A stretch of 39,495 nucleotides of DNA from Mesotaenium endlicherianum (Eukaryota): assembly GCA_009602735.1 (NCBI GenBank), contig WELA01000281.1:89908-129402 (forward strand), written 5' to 3'. Position numbers and translations under genes: made by a program. The notes beneath the pieces were generated by a model. The model was not told the DNA's origin and made no database searches. It worked only from the letters and a program-made list of their open reading frames with translations. The stretch's first letter is position 1; the number at the start of each line of letters is the position of its first letter. This document shows, piece after piece, positions 23,201 to 33,900 of the stretch.

Positions 23201-26008
23201 GCGGCGGAGGCCCATGCGGCTGACAATGCGCGGCAGCAGCCGCTCCGGGAGGTCCATGGTGTTTGCGATGCCTGCCGTGCGCAGCACAGCGTATCACACA
23301 GCGTAGCGTCATTGGAGTGGGGTCCGCAAAATTTTGCGTCTCGAAGTGTTTTGGAGTCAGAGGATTGAGAGTCGGAGGGTTTGGCGCGCGCGCACGAGCA
23401 GGTGTGTGTGCCTAGGTGTGCATTTGTATGCGTGCGTGCGAGTGTGTGCGCGTGTGTGTGTGTGAGAGAGTGAGACAGAGAGAGAGGGGGGGAGAGAGGT
23501 GGGACAGCAGCAGCCGCTCCAGCAGGCCCTTCGTGTTTGCGCTTCTTGCAGAGCTCCCCATGGCGTTGTGGGGTGGGGGGGTTTTGACCACTGAGTGCAC
23601 GAGCGCGTGCGTACGCGAGCGCGTGCGCATGTGTGCGTGTGTGTGCGCGCGCGCGCGCGTGTGTATGTGTGTGTGTGTGTGTGTTTGCGTGCGTGGGAGG
23701 TGGACAGCAGCTGCCCTGCCTTCCCCTAGCAAGTGCTATGCCTGCAGTGCAGGATCAGCATGGCGCGGGGGGGGAGCTTGTTCCTACACATGTGGCAGGG
23801 TAGAGGGTGGACAGTGGCTGCCCTGCCTCCTCTGGCAGGCTCACAGTAGGCGCACAGTGTTTGAGATGCCTGCAATGCGGCGCCAGTAGAGGGAAGGAGT
23901 TGATCACTGCTAGTGCTTATGTGTATAGGAGAGGAAGAAGAGAGCGATCAGATTGTGCGAAGCAGCATTGTCAGCAGAAGTTCGTATATGTAAGTGGACA
24001 CGAGCAAAGTGACAAGTACCAGCACGCGCGCGCCGCGCGCCGCGCGTGTGTGTGTGTGTGTGCGTTCGTGCGTTCGTGCGTGTGTTTGTGCGCGTGTTTA
24101 CTTTGTTATGCCTGCAGAGACAATAGCATCTGCAATGGACATTGTGTCCTCCGCGGCAAAAAAGATTGACGACACGTGCCGCTTTGTGAGCAGGCACATC
24201 GTCAGATGGGACATGCATGCGTCTTCAAGCATGAGCGCAATAGGCACCCTCAAAATTGCAAACAAGGGACATGCCCTCAGCTTGACAGGGGGCCACCCAC
24301 AACTGTGAGTGCGTGCTGTGAGTAAGCCTCATTAAAATTATTCCAGAGCCAAACCATGCCTAGTCTTCCTTGCCTCAAGTGATGTTGGTTGAGCCTGCAC
24401 ACACAATCCGCACACGCGTGGGCACACGGCGCCTGAGGGGTTGGCAGCAGCCGTCCAAAGGCATGCGTGTGTGTATGTGTGTGTGTGCGCGTGTATGTGT
24501 GAATAAGAGAGAGAGAGGGAGAGGGGGGGGGGGGGGGGGNNNNNNNNNNNNNNNNNNNNNNGGGGGGGGGGGGGGGGAGGGGAGTTGCTGACGGCAAGAA
24601 CGGCAGCCGCTACGGCTGCTGTGGCGGCGCCGACAACTCACCGATGACAACGAGGCGGGCGGCGCGGTGCGTGGGCCACTCGAACAGATTATACAGCACC
24701 TGCCAATCGACAAGCGCCACGTGTCGCCTCCTTGTCAGGCGCCAGGAAGGGCCTGGTTCCATCATTCCAGAGTTACAGATGGCACTGAAGGAGGAAAAAT
24801 ATCACGAGGCCCCTCTGGCCTCTCTAAGCCACCCCTCCTCCCACTGGGATAGGCGCACACCCCCCCCTCCCCCCCACCTCTCTCCAGGGACCAGTCTCGC
24901 ACTCTCAAGCCACGAATTAGTGGGCGAGTGTGTGTGTGTGCGCGTGTGCGTGTCTGTGTGTGTGTGCAGACATAAGTCCAAGCGCTTCAATGTGCCGATA
25001 TTCTCTCAGAAGGTTCACACGCGTAAAGACCTACCGCCCTACCGGGTATTTGAATAGCCCTCTGCTACTCCTCCTGGGGCTGAGAAGTGTTTCTGCAACT
25101 AGAGCACGCAACACAAACAGGAACCTTGCAACACACTAAGGAGTTCCTTGACTAGATAAAGGGGTGAGCAAGATGGATGGTATGGTAGGCGGTGTGGCAA
25201 GATAGACAGCACGGCACAGAAATTCAAGCAGATCAAGAATTTGAGGAAGGTTGCATGGCAAGAAAACTCACGCTCTGCTGGCGAGTGACGAGAAGGTCCA
25301 GCTCGTCGACCAATAGGATGCACGGCCGCCTGTCCCGCCTGGCGGGCTTCCCCCGCGCCTTCGCGTGTGCGCCTGCCACGTCAGCGCTGCCGCCCCCGCT
25401 GTCGTCGCTGAATCGCGCCTCCAGGTGGCGCAGCGCTTGCTTCCATCCTAAGTAACGCGCTGTCAGCGCCTCGTAGAGGAGCTGCGCACGTGACACGTGG
25501 CGGCACCGGACAGCATATGAGAAAATGCGAGGCTTGAAGAAAACGCGAGAGAGAGAGGGAGAGTGAGGGCGTGAGAGTGTGAGAGAGGGGGCAGCAACTA
25601 ATACATGACAACAGAGAGTGCTGCCGCCAATGCATGACGAGAGAAAGATGCCAGCAGCATCGTCTGAACGCGTCCTCACTTCAAGACCCCCTCCCCTTCC
25701 ACTTACCCCGCCCAGCTCTTCACCCAAATTAATTAGGAAAAAACAGCTGTAGCCCCTCGTGTGCGCTGCGGGAGGGAGGCGGGCGAGCACGCGTTGCCAA
25801 GTGGCACAAAGCAGCAGCTCTTAGTCCTCTGTCTTCTCCCTCCACAAGCCGTGGTCACTAAGCACACGCACCACGTAACGTACATCTGTGCATGATTGCA
25901 TACATGTGCGCACGCATCTATGCACATGCGCATGGATATGTGTACTTCATGCAGTTGTACGCGCACACAGTAGTGTATACATGTAAGTCTGCGAGAGCGG
26001 GTGCGTGC

Positions 26009-26079
<71 letters not shown>

Positions 26080-26519
26080 NCGTGAGAGTGTGAGAGAGGG
26101 GGCAGCAACTAATACATGACAACAGAGAGTGCTGCCGCCAATGCATGACGAGAGAAAGATGCCAGCAGCATCGTCTGAACGCGTCCTCACTTCAAGACCC
26201 CCTCCCCTTCCACTTACCCCGCCCAGCTCTTCACCCAAATTAATTAGGAAAAAACAGCTGTAGCCCCTCGTGTGCGCTGCGGGAGGGAGGCGGGCGAGCA
26301 CGCGTTGCCAAGTGGCACAAAGCAGCAGCTCTTAGTCCTCTGTCTTCTCCCTCCACAAGCCGTGGTCACTAAGCACACGCACCACGTAACGTACATCTGT
26401 GCATGATTGCATACATGTGCGCACGCATCTATGCACATGCGCATGGATATGTGTACTTCATGCAGTTGTACGCGCACACAGTAGTGTATACATGTAAGTC
26501 TGCGAGAGCGGGTGCGTGC

Positions 26520-26589
<70 letters not shown>

Positions 26590-28640
26590 ACTTGTGCGTG
26601 GAAGAATACGTGTGAATTGCCTTCATGCATTGTGCCTGAGCTCTTAAAAAAAAATGGAACTTTTGTGCAAACAGTTGACACAAAGAATTGTTGCAAGTCC
26701 AGCAAATATCACAAGTGTATTTACAGATGTAAAAAGCGTCACACAAAACGGCACCTTGGCAGCCATAGCTCGCCCAGAGCTCATGCATTGTCCCCTATCC
26801 AGCCTACCTATGATAGATAGCTCGCCCATTCTATCTCTGCGCTTGAACGTGCACATAAGAACATATGCATACATACATATATAAACATAAGTATCTGCAC
26901 ACATATACATGTCTATATGTACATACACATGTACAATATGTATACATATGTATATACGTACACGCGTATACAAATGTAACATATATATGTATGTCCATGC
27001 GTGCACACACGCGCGTGCGTGGGAGTGGAAATTATGTGGTAGAGGTGCTGAGAGGAGGGCGCCAAATGGCAAATGAGCTCATTGGCAACTGCGAGCGCCC
27101 GCCCGAGCGAGATTGTGGGAATGAAACCGACGCTGCAAAGATGATGAGGGGAGAGCAGCGGATCAACAAGCCATCGCACGCGCGTGTGCGTGGAAGTGAC
27201 ACCCATGCGGTACAGGTGCTGAGGGGAGGGCGCCGTATGAATGAGCAAGCAAGCGGTGCATGTGCGCGCGCGTGTGCTCATGCGTGTGCGCAGGGGTGGG
27301 CCGTACTCTGTAGGGGTGCTGAGAGGGGAGGGCAGCAGCATGTGAGCAAGTGTGGGCGTGAACGCGAGCGCGAGCGAGCGTGAGCGCACGTGCGCAAGCG
27401 CGCGCACGCGCATGGGCATGTAACTCACTCACACTATACACGTACTGAGGGGAGGGCAGCAGGCAGCAGCATGTGAGCAAGTGTGAGCGCGAGCGCGAGT
27501 GCGCGCGCGCGCATGGGCGTGGGAATGGGACGTACACTGTAGAGGTGCTGAGGGGAGGGCAGCCGCAGGCCGTTGATGTGCACAAACTGGAACGGCGGCA
27601 GTCGAGACTCCCCCTCCCGCCGAAGAAGCTTCCGGATGACGTCCAGCACAGTCGCCGTCTGCGCAGGCGGCCCGCCCCGGCAAGGCACCGGAGAATTTGA
27701 GCGAGCGTTCCCACCCTTCCTCGTCCGATTGTGTGGACGTGGACAAGCCGAGCTTTATCCCTCTGCTCGCGACATCAGACACATCAAAGAGTGACGACCC
27801 CCCTGGCCCCTGCCAGTGCGCTGCAATGGCTAGGGCGGTGGCTGGGGCGCTCAGAGAAAGAAAAAAAAGACGAATTGTCAAAAGTAAAAATGTTCTCAAA
27901 TCTCTGACCCCTCACCCGGCACCCTAACTGAAGCCCTCCCCTGAGCATGCGTCCTAAGCTCCAACCTCACACCCTGATCCCTAAAATTCTAAACCCTAAA
28001 CCTGAACACAAAGAAATTCCTACGAGGGCGTCCCGGCCCTCAGCCAAGGGCTTCCCCCTCACGCACACGTTCCCAAATTGTTTATCTCGAAAGAAAAAGA
28101 AAGAAAAATGAAGAAAATTATTTTTTTCTTCACAACCCACAAACTCACTCACGGGCACAGTCAACGAGCATCCCCTGTTCTTCCCCCCCCAAGTACTTAG
28201 AGAAATCAGAAGCCCAATCAGAAACTCTATCACAAGCTCAACCGAAGAAATCCTTTGTTCCCGTCGATATGGCCCTGACAGCTGCTCACCTTTCCGGTGC
28301 CGGGGACGCCGCTGATGTACAAGCACTGGCCGCGACAGGTGTCGGCGACTGAGTCGCCGCCGCCGCCGCCAATGGCCTCCTCTATGAAGGCCTCCACTTC
28401 GGCCCTCTCCCTGCACCAGCAGCAGCACCAGCAGGAGCGCCAGCAGCGGCAGGAGCAGGAGCAGGAGCAGGAGGAGCAGCAGCATTAGCAGCAGGAGCAG
28501 CAGAATCAGCAGGAGCAGGAGTAGGAGCAGGAGCAGCGGCATTAACAGCAGGAGCAGGACCAGGAGCAGGAGCAGGACCAGGAGCAGGACCAGGAGCAGG
28601 ACCAGGACCAGGACCAGGAGCAGCGGCATTAGCAGCAGGA

Positions 28641-28672
<32 letters not shown>

Positions 28673-30290
28673 CGCAGCAGGAGCAGGAGCAGCAGCAGCA
28701 AGAGCAGCCATGGGACAGCAGACAGCAGCATCAACACCAGCACCACCACCAGCAGCGGCAGCATCATCGTCAATCATCACCATCTGTACCCCCACTAGCA
28801 GTAGCAATACCAGCAGCTCCAGCAGTGCGCTGCCGCAGCACCACGAGCACAAACCCTCTCCCAGCACCCGCCCTCAGCCTTCCTTCAGACTATTCTACAC
28901 GTCCACGCAACCATACAACCATGCATGATACTAGGTAGAGAAAGAGACCTTCCACACAATGCAAATCAGAAGGAAGCATCAGCAGCAAGCGCACGGCAGG
29001 TAGAGGGGGACAGCCCTCGAGAAAGAGCACTCAGATATATAACCTTCCACAGACATCAACATATAGTTGGGAAGTCTTACCTGCTCCCCACTAGGGGCTT
29101 CCTCCTTGCATTCTGAAACCCTAAAACCGTAAACCTGAACACTGAGCCGATAAAATAGATTTAACATATCATTTACTCAGGTGCAGAAGGGACCTTTGTG
29201 TCATCCTGAACGAAACTCGGACGGAACCCTCAAATAAAAGGGAAACAAACGGCACAGCATGTGGTGACGCGTGGCAGCAGCTCCCCACCTCTCCCGCCCA
29301 GGCAAGGCTGTGGGGACCGCGGACAGCAGAAGTGCTGACTTGGCCTTCTCCAGGTCGCTCGCCGGGCGGCGCCTCGCTATCGCCGGAATCTCTGACACGC
29401 CCACGGCGGCCAAGAGCGCCTCACCGCCGCGTACGTTCTGCATTTGTGCGCAGGCACACTCGCACACACGTTGCACACAGACCCGCAAACCCCACCCCCC
29501 CCCCNNNNNNNNNNNNNNNNNNNNNNNNNNNNNNNNNNNNNNNNNNNNNNNNNNNNNNNNNNNNNNNNNNNNNNNNNNNNNNNNNNNNNNNNNNNNNNNN
29601 NNNNNNNNNNNNNNNNNNNNNNNNNNNNNNNNNNNNNNNNNNNNNNNNNNNNNNNNNNNNNNNNNNNNNNNNNNNNNNNNNNNNNNNNNNNNNNNNNNNN
29701 NNNNNNNNNNNNNNNNNNNNNNNNNNNNNNNNNNNNNNNNNNNNNNNNNNNNNNNNNNNNNNNNNNNNNNCAAACCCCCCCAAGAACAGGACATACAAAC
29801 ACACACACAGACACACACACGCACACACACGCACACGCGCACACACACACACGTGGAAGAAGGTTTGTGGTTGCCAGCAGCATGTCCGGGCGCTGGGCTT
29901 TCGGAAATCCTTACAGCTGCTTCTGGAGATTTTTGCATATTCTCTGAAAAAACCAGAAAGTTTATGAGCCCCAAGAGCTGGTGAGGGGAGAGGGGCCACG
30001 CCGAAGGAAAGAGACAGAGAGGGGGGGGAAAGAGGGGTGCGGAGGAGGGGTCCGGGTGGGCTTGTGCCGGCTCAGAGATGAGCTCACTTCTGGCAGCCTG
30101 AAGGTGTAACCGAAGGGTTTGCAGAGCAGAGAGGGTTTGAAGCGCTCTTTGAACACTCGCCACAGCTTCCGGTCATTGTGTCCGACTCCCCGTGTCAGTT
30201 TCGTGCGACTTTGGCCGATGGGATGGTGCGGCAGGCTGGTCCAGACAATGCTGGTGGGAGCCCCTGTCTCTGTCTCTGTCTCTCTCTCTC

Positions 30291-30340
<50 letters not shown>

Positions 30341-30839
30341 NNNNNNNNNNNNNNNNNNNNNNNNNNNNNNNNNNNNNNNNNNNNNNNNNNNNNNNNNNNN
30401 NNNNNNNNNNNNNNNNNNNNNNNNNNNNNNNNNNNNNNNNNNNNNNNNNNNNNNNNNNNNNNNNNNNNNNNNNNNNNNNNNNNNNNNNNNNNNNNNNNNN
30501 NNNNNNNNNNNNNNNNNNNNNNNNNNNNNNNNNNNNNNNNNNNNNNNNNNNNNNNNNNNNNNNNNNNNNNNNNNNNNNNNNNNNNNNNNNNNNNNNNNNN
30601 NNNNNNNNNNNNNNNNNNNNNNNNNNNNNNNNNNNNNNNNNNNNNNNNNNNNNNNNNNNNNNNNNNNNNNNNNNNNNNNNNNNNNNNNNNNNNNNNNNNN
30701 NNNNNNNNNNNNNNNNNNNNNNNNNNNNNNNNNNNNNNNNNNNNNNNNNNNNNNNNNNNNNNNNNNNNNNNNNNNNNNNNNNNNNNNNNNNNNNNNNNNN
30801 NNNNNNNNNNNNNNNNNNNNNNNNNNNNNNNNNNNNNNN

Positions 30840-30916
<77 letters not shown>

Positions 30917-33900
30917 TCTCCCTCCCTCTCCTCCCTCCCTATCTCTCTCCCTCCCTCTCTCCCAATCTCTCCCACCTCTCGCCATCTCTTTCTCCCCCTC
31001 TCCCTCCCTCCCTCCCTCCCTCCCTCCGAACAGCCCAGAGAGATGGGCCCATGTGGAGCGCATGTGAGGCGTGACTTTGATTGGACGAAGGGAGGGGCGA
31101 TGCTTCGGAAACGACTTGCTGGAAGAGCCCTGAGAGGTGCTCGGTTTCTCCAAGAGGTTGTGAGTGGAGTAGAGCGCGCTGGCAACTGGGCCACGTATCA
31201 CACATGCACCACGTGTCACAACACGCCATGTGTCACACATGCGCCACGTGTCAAGGATGAGGGCGTCAGAGACTGCCCGGGACGTGCACGAGAAGACCGG
31301 CGACGCCGTAAGAATTAGCATCCCGTAGGTAAAAGAGAATGCCAAAAATATATTATTATATATTAATATACATATAAATTTAATAATTTTATGTGTATAT
31401 ATACGTGTGCATGTATGTATTCATTTACAGTATAGGAAAGCATTTAGAAGGCACAGAGAGAAGCATTGCCAGGTGCCACTCCACTCTGACCCTGGCAGAG
31501 GGTAGAGGAGGCATGAACGCATAAAAGCATGAGGATTGCGGAAGGGAATACGAGAAACTATAGAAGGAGCGCCGCCACTGCTCCGTATCGAGCAAGCTGG
31601 GGGTAGAGCAGAGTCAAAGAAAAGACAATTTGAGAGCACATCTGAACGAAAACTTGAGAAGACGGGGACAAAGAAGAAGAAAGGGAGGAGGAAGCAGCAG
31701 TGGTGTTTAGTAGCAGTAGAATAAGAACAAGAGTAGGAAATCAAAGAAGAAGAAGAAGAAGAAGAAGAAGTAGAAGAAGAAGAAAAATGAGCGGAGCACG
31801 TACGGCGCCTTTGGCCTTCTTTACGGCAGCGGCCTTCTTCTTGACCACCCTTGGTGTGCCGCCAGCTGGCACCTTCCTCGGCCTGCCACGTCGCCGCTTT
31901 GTGACTGTCTCCCCAATCTCCTTCCCCTCCCCTTCTTCACCCTCACCCTCCTCCTCCTCCTCCTCCTCCTCGTCTGATGCTGCTGCTTCGTCCGCGTCGT
32001 CCTCGTCAGCGTCGTTGTCAGCGTCTGAGTCACCAAGAGCAGCAAAGTCCTCACCACTTTCGTCGCCAATTTCCTGATCCAAAAAGAAGCCCTCACGATG
32101 CAGATCAGAGAGAAATGGTAATGACACTGTCCCATGCGTATATTCATACATATGCAGAGCTATGTATTTGAATACATGTACATGTGTGTGTGCGTGTGTG
32201 TGCGTGGGTGTGGGTGTGTGTGTGTCTGTGTGTGTGTGTCTCTGTGTGTGTGCGGGCGGTGCACAGGCTACATTGACTACATGGCAACCGTCTGTGTACA
32301 GAGGCGTACGGCACAGGCATATATATCCAGTTGCATAAGCACCCCACCAGGACTGTAAGAAGAAAGAAAACTCGATCGATCCCAAGCACTGTCCGCACCT
32401 CATCGTCCTCCGACGCGAGCTTCAGGCAATCGTCGCCCTCCTCGGCGTCCACGCGCTTGAACGTGGCAAACTGGTGATTGTACGCATGCGTGCAGAAGAA
32501 GAAGTCGTCTCCAAACGTCTCGGGATTCCGAAACTCCTCCCGGGAGACCACCCAGCACTTCCGCATGATCGCCGCCACCTGTCGGCCAGCCAGCCAGCCA
32601 CGCGGACAGACAGACAGACAAAGCGGGCGCCACAGGTGGCAGGGTGGGATGGGCCCTGAGAAGTGAGCAGCCAGCACTTCTGCACGATGGTGCACACTTG
32701 TCAGCCAGCCAGCCAGCCAGCCAGGGAGACAGACGGACAGACAGACAGACGGACAGACGGACGGACGGACGGGAGGCAAAGGGGCGGGCAGCGGGGCAGG
32801 ATGGGAAGTGACCACCCAGCACTTTCCGTGTAATGGTGCGCACCTGTCATCCGGCCAGCCACACAAGGGGCAAGGGGCAGGTGGCAGGTGGCAGGAGGGG
32901 ACGGGGAGTGGGCAGACAAACGAGGGGACAAGACGTGGGCTTTAGGGTCCGAGTTTGCGCTTAGGGACCAGAGTCAGTGCTGGCTTGGAGTAGGAGTTAG
33001 GCTAAGAATTAGGCTTGGGATTGGGTTCAGTATCAGGCTCAAGAATTGTTGTAGGGTTGAGTTCAAAATTAGGTCTGGCGTTAGGTTTGAGGTGTGGGAT
33101 GACAACGTACAGGCGGGCTTAGACCCTCTAGGCTTGTGTCGGGTTTGAAATTCAGTAAGAAAGAGGGTTTATGATTTCGTATCGTGGGGTAGGACAGCTG
33201 GACGTATGAAAGGAGTGGTGGGTGATCACCTCAGCATGGCTGGACAAGGGAGATAGAGAGAGACTCTTGAATGAACAGAGTTCTCCAAATTTCACCAACT
33301 TTTGGGAGTTATCTTTCAAGATCTCAGTATTGGCTGCAGCAATTTGAGTGCACAAGTCACTCTGTTGCAAAGAGAATTCGCACCAGCTACAAAAGGTCTT
33401 TTCCTCATCGCACGCACGCACACACCCCACACACGCACACGCACACGCATGCGCGCGCGCACAGACACACGCGCACACACACACGCACACGCACGCGCGC
33501 GCACAAAGACACACGCATACACACACATGCACACACACGCATGCACGCACGCGTGCACAGACACACACACATGCACCCACCCACGAACAGACATACACAC
33601 AAGCACCCAGGCACGCACAGACACACACATGCACACACACACGCACACACTCATCTATCAGACAAGGCACAGAGCACGAGAATGATCCTGAGTTTGAGCA
33701 CGGACAAGTGCGTGCACGAAAGCCTGGACGCACCTTTGAGCGGAAGGGCACAGGGCAGCGAATGGCTCCCGCTTGGCAGACGAAAGGGGGGCATCCTACG
33801 GCGCGCATGAGCGTGCACGTGTGCATGCGTGTTGTGTGTGTGTGCGTGTGCGCGCGGTGCGTGGGTTGCGTGGGGGTGTCTGCGTGCGTGCGTGCGTGTG

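Larger units (their letters stand above)
22037..23961. repeat. Tandem duplication, 962-bp unit (22037-22998 and 23000-23961) joined by one N
   Basis: Matching sequence at offset 963; N at 22999. Confidence 0.92.
11542..30839. other. Assembly gaps (N runs): 11542-11598, 13005-13058, 13871-14258, 17338-17376, 19175-19647, 24540-24561, 29505-29770, 30341-30839; single Ns at 5174, 11063, 22999, 26080, 35155
   Basis: Runs are flanked by poly-G/C or (GA/CT)n tracts, typical of short-read scaffolds. Confidence 0.95.

Noticed and set aside
27017..27560. Repeat-spacer pattern as a CRISPR-like array
   Set aside because: Eukaryotic intron; repeats are degenerate copies of the adjacent exon end with irregular low-complexity spacing and no cas genes
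27967..28867. Poly-Leu and Pro/Ala-repeat ORFs on the minus strand
   Set aside because: Translations of the (gcagga)n array; neither is in the ORC1 frame, and exon 6 splices cleanly to exon 7 without them
30088..30260. Protein-looking segment ([28 protein letters not shown]) ending at a gtgagc donor in ORC1 intron 5
   Set aside because: No phase-0 acceptor found nearby, no recognisable ORC1 homology, and exons 5 and 6 already join in frame; the adjacent gap limits certainty
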